A stretch of DNA of 64,000 bases from Mobula hypostoma. Lineage: Eukaryota. The stretch lies in NCBI RefSeq assembly GCF_963921235.1, contig NC_086109.1, positions 19,780,001 through 19,844,000 on the forward strand, read 5' to 3'. The notes beneath the pieces are model-generated. The model saw only the letters and a list, made by a program, of their open reading frames with translations. It was not told the origin of the DNA and did no database searches. The number at the start of each line of letters is the position of its first letter. The stretch's first letter is position 1. The position numbers and the translations under genes were made by a program. Of the stretch, positions 11,986-23,160 are shown in pieces.

Positions 11986-13548
11986 AACAACCCTGATACA
12001 CCTCGACCCCCCATCATCTATCCCAATGTATCCCACTTGACCAACCCTGATACACCTCGACCCACCATCATCTATCTCAATGTATCCCACTTGTCCAACC
12101 CTGATACACCTCGACCCACCATCATCTATCTCAATGTATCCCACCTGAACAACCCTGATACACCTCGACCCACCATCATCTATCTCAATGTATCTCTCTT
12201 GACCGACCCTGATACACCTCGACCCACCATCATCTATCTCAATGTATCTCACTTGACCGACCCTGATACACCTCGACCCACCATCATCTATCTCAATGTA
12301 TCTCACTTGACCGACCCTGATACACCTCGACCCACCATCATCTATCTCAATGTATCTCACTTGACCGACCCTGATACACCTCGACCCACCATCATCTATC
12401 TCAATGTATCTCTCTTGACCGACCCTGATACACCTCGACCCACCATCATCTATCTCAATGTATCTCACTTGACCGACCCTGATACACTTCGACCCACCAT
12501 CATCTATCTCAATGCATCCCGCTTGAACAACCCTGATACACCTCGACCCACCATCATCTGTCCCAATGTATCCCACTTGACCAACCCTGATACACCTCGA
12601 CCCACCATCATCTATCTCAATGTATCCCACTTGTCCAACCCTGATACACCTCGACCCACCATCATCTATCTCAATGTATCCCACCTGAACAACCCTGATA
12701 CACCTCGACCCACCATCATCTATCTCAATGTATCTCTCTTGACCGACCCTGATACACCTCGACCCACCATCATCTATCTCAATGTATCTCACTTGACCGA
12801 CCCTGATACACCTCGACCCACCATCATCTATCTCAATGTATCTCACTTGACCGACCCTGATACACCTCGACCCACCATCATCTATCTCAATGTATCTCAC
12901 TTGACCGACCCTGATACACCTCGACCCACCATCATCTATCTCAATGTATCTCTCTTGACCGACCCTGATACACCTCGACCCACCATCATCTATCTCAATG
13001 TATCTCACTTGACCGACCCTGATACACTTCGACCCACCATCATCTATCTCAATGCATCCCGCTTGAACAACCCTGATACACCTCGACCCACCATCATCTA
13101 TCTCAATGCATCCCGCTTGAACAACCCTGATACACCTCGACCCACCATCATCTATCTCAATGTATCCCACTTGACCAATCCTGATTCACCTCGACCCACC
13201 ATCATCTATCTCAATGTATCCCACTTGACCAATCCTGATTCACCTCGACCCACCATCATCTATCTCAATGTATCCCACTTGAACAACCCTGATACACCTC
13301 GACCCCCCATCATCTATCTCAATGTATCCCACTTGAACCCTGATACACCTCGACCCACCATCACCTATCTCAATGTATCCCACCTGACCAACCCTGATAC
13401 ACCTCGACCCACCATCATCTATCTCAATGTATCCCACTTGAACCCTGATACACCTCGACCCACCATCACCTATCTCAATGTATCCCACCTGAACAACCCT
13501 GATACACCTCGACCCACCATCATCTATCTCAATGTATCCCACTTGAAC
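11986..13548. repeat. 54-bp minisatellite, about 29 units, with a 540-bp higher-order duplication
   Basis: Unit aaccctgatacacctcgacccaccatcatctatctcaatgtatcccacttgacc. 12021-12559 is repeated at 12561-13099. Confidence 0.97.
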
Positions 13549-13671
13549 ACATTCCACGCCAGATATGACTGGAAAACATACACCACTCACCTCATTGTAA
13601 TCCCATCTCTCATAATCTGTAGGTGAGGGTTGACGACTGAAATTCTCCATTGAGATTCCTTACTGCTTTTA

Positions 13672-13850
13672 ATAACAATAATAATATCTTCCTGTGCCTC
13701 ACTGGCGCATCGGGCAGGAACCTTGCCGTTTCTTCAGTGTTTGTCTGTTTTACACTCAACCCAGAAAGCGTGCAAGGAGCCAGCCGGATTCGAACATGGG
13801 ACTACTTGTCCCGAAATCCAGTGTGGTTGCCATGGTCCTGCTGGCCGGCC
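13672..13850 (-). mobile_element. Short tRNA-derived SINE with 12-14 bp TSD
   Basis: B-box gttcgaatcc on the - strand, (TAT)n-type tail, and TSD ccttactgctttta at 13658-13671 and 13849-13862. Confidence 0.8.
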
Positions 13851-14671
13851 TTACTGCTTTTACTGGGCAATTACTATTTGAAGCAGGGGGAGGAACGACA
13901 CAGCAGTGTCCATCATTCCCAAAGCAGCCACACTATTGAAATGTTTACATCACACACATTCCTCAGAGTGCTGTACTACCAAAGGAATATTCTGACTACA
14001 CCAAAGTAACTGTTCTATTTCTTTAATTCTTTAAAATCAAGAGCAGGAGGCATACAACAGACGTTTTTGCTTTGTAGCCACCAGATTGCCTGAAAATAAT
14101 TGTGAATTTGAAGAGATGCTCTTTGTAGAAATGTGTCTTTGAATCCCTTTCGCACTTGATAGAGCAGTGATAAATTTAACTGCAAGAGTCCCAGAGATTC
14201 TTATCAAGGTCACTTAATTCACTGCATATTATATTTGAAAGAGCTGAGAAGGTGCACCAAATTAGTCCAAAGCACCACTCCCTTTGGACCAGAGAGGCTT
14301 AAGACAAGATTTGATAAATGGGTCAGAATCAAGAAGCGTTTGTTGGTTAAAAAAATGAAGAAAAAGTTTTACCACTGGCAAAAGGCTTTGAAACAAGGAC
14401 CAAAAGAGGCACGAGGAAAGTTTTCCTCAATTTGATGTGACCTGAAATGCACGGTCTGAAAGGGCGACAGAAGCAAATCCAAAGAGCAGACTTGCCAGCC
14501 CAGTTGCAGATGCCCAAGTCTTATCAAGTTGACCTTCTGCACCTGGGACACCCCCACTCCACCCCACCCTCGCAGCAATCTCGATAAGAAGTAGTCTGAA
14601 TGATTTCGTGTTAAGTCCCCGACTACCCCACCCCACAGTGCCCCATGAGAACACCCTGACATCCTCTAACA

Positions 14672-14755
14672 CAGGGGTCCCCAACCTTTTTTTTAAATGC
14701 CAAGGACCAATACCATTAAGCAAGGGGTCCATGGACCTCATGTTGGGAACTTCTC
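14672..14755. mobile_element. About 80-bp hAT MITE
   Basis: caggggtccccaac...gttgggaacttct; perfect TSD CTCTAACA. Confidence 0.8.
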
Positions 14756-16018
14756 CTCTAACAGGAAGCAGAACTAGGGTCTTCTGTCAAAAGGAGAATT
14801 TGTCAAATGCCTCTGGTCTTTAAAATCTTGTAAATGCTTTAAGAAGTGAAATTGCTAAAACTTTAAAAGAAAATAAATGCACTTTAAGAGATACAAGATA
14901 TTCTGCAGATGTTGGAAATCCAGAGCAACACACACAAAATGCTGGCGGAACATACTGGAGTTCCTCAGCATTTGACTTGCTGAGTTCTTCCAGTATTTTG
15001 TTCAATGTTTTCACAACATTTACAAATCACTTGAACAAAATGAGGTGCAGCCAGCAGGGCTGCTGCCTCAGCACCAGGAAACTATATTCAACCCCAATGT
15101 GTACTTTTCCCCTGTGACTGTATGGAGGTGGGGGCTGAAAGAGAAACGGATCATCCATGATGAAATGGCGGAGTGGACTCGATGGGCCAAATGGCCTAAT
15201 TTTGCTCCTGCATCATATGGTCTTATGGTCTTATTCTCTCCAGATCCTTCAGTTTCCTTCCAAATCCCAAAGGCGTACAGGTTGGAATAATAATTGGCCA
15301 CTGTAAATTTCCCCTAGTTGCAGAGGTGTGGCACAATAGTATAACAGTTAACACATGGCTTTACAGCACCAGAGCAGGGTTCAATTCCCGCTGCCATCTG
15401 TACATTCTCCGAGTGACCGCCTGGGTATCTTCCAGGTGCTCTAACTTTCTCCCACATTTGAAAGACGAACTGGATTCGTGATTAATGATTTGTGGGCGTG
15501 CTATAGTGGCCTGGAGCATGGCAACACTCCTGGGCTGCCTGGCAGAACCCGTCACTGATTTGATTTGACGCAAGCAACGCCTTTCACTTGTACATGTGAC
15601 AACAGAGCTGGTCTTTCAAACGTGGCGCTGCTGTGTCAGAACACCCCAGGGACGTGTTCAAACCAGGCCCCTGAGCAGGTCGCGTTCGCTCCTTTTCTCT
15701 GCCACTGCATAAATTTTCTCCAGGTGCCCCAGTTTCCTTCCTGCAGGTTGGTATGATAACTCTGTAAATTGGTAGAATCTGGGAAGAGTTGATGAGAAAG
15801 TGGGGAGAATAGAACAGGATTAATGTAAATGGGTTACTGGTGGTCAGAACAGACTCAGTGGGCAGAAGGGCCTGATCTTTCCAAGACTCTATAATGGCCC
15901 ACCTTTCCCATTCAAATGCCCATTGAATTAGTGTTTCCTCTCATCCTGGTCTGACTCCACTCTTTTGCTGCTCACTAGTTCGCCACCTGAACCTTTAACC
16001 TCCTCTTAATTTTACCAG

Positions 16019-16269
16019 AACCACGAGTTTCTCGATGAGCCGGCTTTCGAACAGAATTGCCTCGAAGGTTCGATGCAGAACTGCCCGTCCACTCATAGCC
16101 CCTCACTTTCCTCCGAGTCTGGGACAGCCAGCACCTGTTGTTCCCGCCGGAGTAACAAGAAGTCCACTCACCTGCCCAACTCCAGCGTGTCAGCGGCGAA
16201 TCTGAGAAGCATGCAGGAACTCAGCACCATTCACATTCAGTGCGGGGAGCAGATATCCTTCAACACCAG
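16019..16269 (+). CDS. KCND3: KCND3 penultimate coding exon ([32 protein letters not shown]...TCCSRR...[12 protein letters not shown]...)
   Basis: Acceptor tttaccag, donor AG|gtaaaa, 251 nt (phase 0 to 2). The peptide matches the Kv4.3 C-terminus ([27 protein letters not shown]) and contains ORF 16073-16273. Confidence 0.96.
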
Positions 16270-18027
16270 GTAAAACCTCAAGGCACAGCACAACTGGCAT
16301 GTGGAAAGTTGCACCTTACCAATACTGTGCCACTATTCTCGTGTAGGAATTATCCAGGTTAGAGCTAAAGAGAGACAACACTGGAACATAGAAATCAAAT
16401 TGCCACATAGTTAAATGTCTGAAAATGGCAATATTTATATGTCCAAATGAGAAAAGGTGGCGATGGGGGCACCTTTTTACTTGTATACACAGTGAGTTGT
16501 TATGACGTAAAATGACCTGAAAGTCAGAAGAGAATTAGATGAATTTTTGATGAAGAAACTTTTATAGGGTGAATGAGGAAGAGTGAGATTAATGAATGGC
16601 TCTTACAAATTGCCAGTGCTAGCAAAATGGGCCAAGTACTCTCTTACTATCCTATAAGAGGCAGGGCAGCACGGTAGCGTAGTGGTTAGCACAACATTCT
16701 ACAGTAAATTGGTAAATTACCAGGGTTCAATTCCTGCCACTGCCTGTAAGGAATTTGTACGTTCTCCCCATGACCACATGGGTTTCCTCCAGGTGCTCTG
16801 GTTTCCTCCCACAGTCCAAAGACCCACTGGTTGATAGGGTTAATTGACATTGTAAATTCTCCTGTGATTAGGCTAGGGTTAAAATTGGGGGTGTGCTCAG
16901 CGGCATGGTTTGAAGAGCCAGAAGGGCTTACTGAGTGCAGTAAAGGGAGGTTGCACGTTAGTTCTCCCAGGCACACGGGGCATCTCACCCGAGAGTCCAC
17001 ATAACTTCTGGTAATTATCACCCAGCCTGTACTGTTTTATCGTCAACCTTTCAAACAAAACAAGGAAACAGAGAAGCCAGGTGTCTGCTGCTCATGAATC
17101 ATTTAAAATAGTTTTCTTAACGAGGAAGTGAATACAATAATGTTCAGTTCCTTAAGTGAAATATTGATCTAAATGCTTTTACCCCCTGTGTTGTTGATTT
17201 TGGTATAATGGATAAGTTCATGCATTTTTCAAAATAATTGCAACACCAGGCAGTGAATGACTGATTTAATATTAACAGGAGGACGTAATACATGCTGTGC
17301 TGTTTAATTGTTCTGTGAAAACTATCACTGAAGCATCACACAGTGACCTTAAAATTTAAAATTCTTGAAGGTAGTGCAGAAGGGAACCAGTGGAAGCCTG
17401 CTCTGGGTTCAGTCAGCGTGAGGAGGAGCATAGAAGCTGTTACTGAACAAACACATTGAAAGCCACCCCAAGGAAGCACCAGTCCTGGATACTGCCAGAG
17501 ATTAGGGAAGTTTCATAATAGGATAAGTACATTAAGTCTCCCTTTGACTTAGAGGAACAACGTTTTCATCGGGTCAGAACGGGAGCATGGCTGCTAATAT
17601 AACACTAGCACAGCACCAGAGACCCAGGTTCAATTCTGCCGTAAGAGGTTTGTATGTTTTCCCTGTTGTTGTGTGGGTTTTCTCTGGGTTCTCCCGTTTC
17701 CTCCCACATTCTAAAGTTAGTTAGTAGGTTAAATAGTCACACGGGCGTAATTGGGTGGCGCGGGCTCGTTAGGCCAGAAGGGCCTGTTACCGTGCAGCAT
17801 CTCTAAATAAGAAAATAAAATCAAATTAAATTTTCACAAACCTACGTAGCTTCCTCTCATCGTCTGAGCAGGATCTAACTTCCTTCCTGTATCTAACCAC
17901 TATCCCATTTAACCTCATACATGACTTGTGTTTTCATGAAACTTCAGACCATGAATGTTTTTTTTTACTGGTAAATGTTTCTTAAATGAAATTAGGTTCC
18001 AGAACCGATGGAAATAAGACTCTAATC

Positions 18028-18107
18028 CAAGGGTTCCCAACCTGAGGTCCACAGACCCCTTGCTTAATAGTATTGGTCCATGGCATGATAAAGGTTGGGA
18101 ACCCTTG
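18028..18107. mobile_element. 80-bp hAT MITE (same family, opposite orientation)
   Basis: TIRs caagggttcccaacct / aggttgggaacccttg; TSD CTCTAATC / CTCTAACC. Confidence 0.85.
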
Positions 18108-20154
18108 CTCTAACCAGTCTGACTGAATGGCTCAGGGGCTCAAGATGCAGAGCAACCTCCTTCTATCCACTGTTACTGCATGTTGGACCCTTTTTCCACC
18201 TTAGCTCTGAAGTTTTGAACCCACCCCAATTCTGCTATCCATTTTTAAAGAGATGCATGTCAATGGGGAGAATAATAAATAGTATAGCATCATCATAAAA
18301 TCATTCAGCACTAAGAGAGGTCTGTTGCCCCACCATGTCCATGCATGAACCCAGCAAAAATAATCCCATTTTCCAGTAACACCCGCAAAATGCTGGAGGA
18401 ACTCAGCAGGCCATTTTCCAGCAATTGGCCCAGAGCCCTCTGTATTTGGTAATTCAAGTTCTCATCTACTGTACCCATTCCTTACATGGTGTGAGAGCCT
18501 CTGCTTCCCCTAACCTTCAGGCAATGAGTTTCCAATGGAGGTCTTCAGTTTATTAACCCTAGTCAGCTGATGGATGATCTACCTTCCACTTTCTTCCAAC
18601 TATTCTTACTAACCCACATGGCTTCTGCTTCTCCATTCATTCTCTTGTGCCTCTGAATGTTTGAACACACCTTTGTTGTTCCTTTTCAGTGTTCCCAATC
18701 CTTTTCTGCTCCTGACATCTCCAAAATCTGAAGATGTCAACTAAATAAATGAACTCAGTTCATTTTTGGAGCTGGTGAGTGAGGGATAAGACAAGACAAG
18801 ATGTCAGATACAGATGTCCTTGTTTATCTTTGAATGACTGAATGTAACAGTAAGGCTTACTGAAGTTGGAAAACTATAATTGTTTATACTTTGTCATTGC
18901 AAACTAGGTTACTGTTTACTCAGAATGATTACACTATTGGCTACAGTTTTATTGCTCACCCAAGGAAAGTAATAGAATTGAGAATGATTGATTTTAAAAG
19001 CTTTCCAAATGTTTGAAACATGCACACACAAAATCCTCAGTTTTCTTCAAATTTTCCCCAGTTTGGAGAGTTATCGCTCATAGCCATAGACATTCGGCTC
19101 CAAACCCAATAAACAGGCATCTTCATAAAAACAAGGTTGGACCATTTGAGAAGGAAATCAGGAAGCATTTTCCTCACCTCAAGAGCAACAGAGATTTGGA
19201 ATGCTCTTTTCCAAAAGGATTCTGAGGACACAAGAGGCTAAGGATGGTGGAATATTGAAGGGGAAAAAAAACAAGATTCTTGAGGAACTCAGTGTCTGTG
19301 GAAGGAAATGGACAGTTGACGTTTTGAAACAAGATCCTTTTTCTGAACAGCAGTCCAGTTGAAGGATCTCAACCCATATTATTTCCCTCCATGGATGCTA
19401 CCTGACCCACTGAGTTCCCCAGCAGTTTTCAACACGCAGACCCTTCTTTAGATGGAGAATGGTGAACCTGTGGAATTTATTGCTACAGGCAGCTGCGGAG
19501 GCCAAGTCATTAAGGTGTACTTAATGCAGAGGTTGATAGGTCCTTGATTAGACAGGGCGCCAAAGAGTACAGGGAGAAGGCAGGAGATTCGGGTTGAGTG
19601 GGATAATAAATCAACCATGATCAAATGGCAGAGCAGGTTCAATGGACTGAACTGCCTCATTCTGCTCCTGTGTCTTATGGTCTTAAGGTTTTATGGGACT
19701 AAGATATTTTGGGGTGGGAAAGAGAAAATAGAAAGAATACTCAGGAGATCGGGCAGGGAGGGAAACAGAGTAAACACTACATTAGAACTGTAGCCAGCTG
19801 GAAGCCCGAGAAGAGTTTAATCATCATATACACCGGGAAAAGCACTAGATCCACTTTTATTACATTGCTTTAGCTTTAGAAATCGGCACCAAATTTGTAG
19901 GCATTGGTGCAGGTGTGGAAAGATATGAGAACTTTATTTGCTGAGAGTAAAGCAGAATAAAATATGCCTTAAATTAGGAGTGGAAAAGAAAGGGCAGGAA
20001 CAGGATGCTGGATTATCTCTCAGAAGACTGTTTTTCCTTAATACTCTCTATCAGATCCTGTGGAATTTTGAGTAAAACGTAATTGAAGATCAGTTTAGTC
20101 ATAATATAATTGAACATACAGCTGTCTCAAGGGCTGAATTGCCACTCAGGTCCA

Positions 20155-20607
20155 AGGACCAATGCCTCATATTCCATCTGGGTAGCCTCCAACCTGACAA
20201 CATGAATATTGATTTCTCTAACTTCTTGTAATTTCTCCCCTTCCCCCTTCTCTCTTTACCATTCCTCACTATGGCTGCCCAGTGCCTCCCTCTGCTATCC
20301 CTCCTCCTCCCTTTCTTCCATGGTCCACCTTCTTCTCCTATCAAATTCCTTCTTCTTCAGCCTTTTATCTTTTCCACCTATCACCTCCCAACTTATTATT
20401 TCATTCCCCCTCCCCCACACACCCACCTTCCTCCTCACCTGGTTTCATCTATCACCTGCTGGCTTGTACTCCTTCTCCTCCCCACCTCTTTATTCCAACT
20501 TCTTCCTCCTTCCTTTCCAATCAAAATGAAGAGTCTCAGCTCGAAATGTAGATACTTTATTCCCCACCATAGATGCTGCCTGACCTACTGATTTCCTCCA
20601 GCATTTT
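20155..20607 (+). mobile_element. Penelope-like element 3' fragment
   Basis: GIY-YIG C-terminal remnant (ctgggtagcctccaacctga), pyrimidine-rich spacer, degenerate hammerhead, gatgctgcctgacc tail. Confidence 0.75.
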
Positions 20608-21437
20608 AGACCATAAGAACATAAGACAAAGGAGCAGAATTAGGCCATTTGGCCCATCGAGTCTGCTCCACCATCCAACCATGGCTGACCCTTTCTTCCT
20701 CTCCTCAACCCCATTCCCCAGCTTTCTCCCCGTAACCTTTGATGCCATGTCCAATCAAGAACCTATCAACCTCTACCTTAAATACACCAACAACCTGGCC
20801 ACCACAGCTGCCTGTGGTAATAAATTGTACAAATTCACCATCCACTGGCTAAAGAAATTTCTCCACATCTCTGTTTTAAAATGATACCCCTCTAACCTGA
20901 AGCTGTGCCTTTTTGTCCTAGACTCACCTACCATGAGAAACACCCTTTCCACATCTACTCTGTCTAGGCTTTTCAACATTCGAAAGATTTCAATGAGATC
21001 CCCCGTCATCCTTCTGAATTCCAGTGAGTACAGACACAGAGCTATCAAACGTTCCTCGTACGATAACCCTTTCATTCCCGGAATCATTCTTGTGAACCTC
21101 CTCTGAACCCTCTCCAATGCCAGCATATCTTTTCTTAGATAAGAAGCCCAAAACCATTTGCAATACTTAAGGTGAGGCCTCACCAGTGCCTTATAAAGCC
21201 TCAGCACCACATCCCTGATCTTGTATTCAAGACCTCTTGAAATAAATGCTAATATTGCATTTGCCTTCCTCACCACCGACTCAACTTGCAAGTTAACTTT
21301 TAGGGTGCTCTGCATAAGGACTCCCAAGTCCCTTTGCATCTCAGATTTTTGGATTTTCTTCCTGTGTAGAAAATAGTCTGTGCATTTATTTCTACTGCCA
21401 AAGTGCATGAGCATGCATTTTCCAACATTGTATTTTG
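20608..21437 (-). mobile_element. CR1 LINE 3' part (ORF2 C-terminus)
   Basis: ORF 20773-21504: RDLGV...LYKALVRPHLKYC...LERVQRRFTRMIPGMKGLSYEERL...RNFFSQ. Confidence 0.92.
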
Positions 21438-21601
21438 TGTGTTGCTCTGAATGAGCTACTATTGTTCTATGTTGGAATGAATTGATTGAATATTTAAGGA
21501 CCAAGGAGATAAAGAACCTTCTCCTCTTCCCAATATTCCCATGATAGAGTCAGTGTTTGAACTGTGCAAAGTGACTAAGGATTTTCTTTCTCTCGTTGCA
21601 G

Positions 21602-21800
21602 TCGTTCCAGTCTGAATGATAAATCGGAGGAGGGAATGAGGATCAACTGCAAGAGCTCTCAAATCACCACGGCGATAATCAGCATCCCGACATCACCTAG
21701 CATTACACCGGAGGGGGAGAGTCGTCCCCCCATCCCCAGTCAATCCAGCACCAACGTGAATACCACAAGCTGCAATATCGTCAAAGTGTCTGCCTTGTAA
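21602..21800 (+). CDS. KCND3: KCND3 last coding exon (S)[43 protein letters not shown]...NIVKVSAL*
   Basis: Acceptor tctcgttgcag; phase 2 completes AG+T = Ser. It contains [10 protein letters not shown] and PEGESRPP, ends in VKVSAL and stops at TAA 21798-21800, as in Kv4.3. Confidence 0.97.
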
Positions 21801-22470
21801 AAAAGAACAAAGCTGCCCTAGCTCTCAGTCACCTGACATCCTCAAGATCACATGACACTGACAACCACATGGCAAGGGTCCAAGGAGAAACAGTGGATGA
21901 GTCTAATTCCAGTAGTAAGGGTGAGGGTGATCTGACATCACCACGTTTTACATCCTGAAGAACCGGCACCGTGTCAAACAAATATTTATTTCTGTTTCTC
22001 TTTTTTTTTTGGTGAGAAGAATATCAGGGAAATCTCCCTGACTCAAGAGGGACCAAGGCTATAACGACTCAATGCGGGGCAACAGGAGAGATTACAGAAG
22101 CCAGGTCCGCATTGCTTCATTTTTAAGCACCTATCTTAGGTGGCGTTTAAGACGGATAATATTTATTCACAAACTACGAGTATGACAAGGCAAGCCTGCT
22201 GTGAAAAGGGAGACAGGGATCTTTTTTTCGTGTGTGTGTGTGGAAAAGTTACTTTACAAAAAAGAACTGTGTCTCACTGAAGAAGCGATTTAGGCTCCAG
22301 ATGTCGTTGTAGTCAACTACTTTTTGACACATTTCTAGTGAAAGTCACATTTGGAATAGAAGACCGCTTTTAACTGTTGATGTTGAAGAGCTCATCGGCT
22401 ATGGTCTTTAGTATCAATAGGAGCTTTCATTTCTGCTATTAAATCCCTGTGACATTTCAGTGTGTGTTGC
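21801..22470 (+). other. KCND3: KCND3 proximal 3'UTR (may extend further)
   Basis: Repeat-free sequence directly after the stop codon; the 3' end is not certain. Confidence 0.7.
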
Positions 22471-22475
22471 TTTCA
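22438..22475 (+). terminator. Candidate polyadenylation signal (ATTAAA plus GU-rich downstream element)
   Basis: ATTAAA at 22438-22443, a CA about 15 nt later, then gtgtgtgttgctttc. Confidence 0.4.
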
Positions 22476-22896
22476 AGAAGCAACCTTGTGTGAACATGGT
22501 GTTTGTCGGTTAAGTATAGTCTGTGTGCATAGTTTGAGGAGAATACAATATCCAGCAAATTGGTGCATTCCATGCACTCATTCCTCCCTTTCTCAGTTTC
22601 ATGCAATTCGCTCTCTCACCTGCGTAGTGTGACTTCATTAGTACTAGTTAGGGGAAAAACCATTTAATGTATTTTGCAAAAAAAAACGTGTGAGTTGAAG
22701 ACATGGGAACTTGCATTGATCTGAGAATGTGTCGCCCTCTGCTTTTTGCAGAACCGTGAATTTTAGACTTGAATTCGATGGAAGCGTCAGTCAGTATGTT
22801 AGTATATTTTGGCTCTGTATAGTTCAATGCCAGTAGGGATCAGATCCTGAGTTCAATGCAGAACAAGGGTAGTTTTTGTTTCGGATTAACGCTCTG

Positions 22897-22931
22897 GGTG
22901 AGTGTGAGTGTGTGTGTGAGTGTGAGTGTGT

Positions 22932-22984
<53 letters not shown>

Positions 22985-23083
22985 CATGCATTTGCGTGCA
23001 TGTGTGTGTGTGTGTGTATGCATGCATTTGCGTGCATGTGTGTGTGTGTGTGCATGTGTGTGTGTTTGTGTGCATGTGCTTGC

Positions 23084-23117
<34 letters not shown>

Positions 23118-23118
23118 A

Positions 23119-23157
<39 letters not shown>

Positions 23158-23160
23158 ACA
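22897..23160. repeat. (TG)n compound microsatellite downstream of or within the KCND3 3'UTR
   Basis: Seen directly. Confidence 0.97.

Noticed and set aside
11986..13548. CRISPR-like array
   Set aside because: The units are contiguous with no unique spacers, the context is eukaryotic, and there are no cas genes.
11881..13626. 581-aa ORF (and the antisense 404-aa and 136-aa ORFs) as a real gene
   Set aside because: It is almost entirely a 54-bp tandem repeat, so one stop-free unit yields a long ORF. It is intronic, with no recognisable domain.
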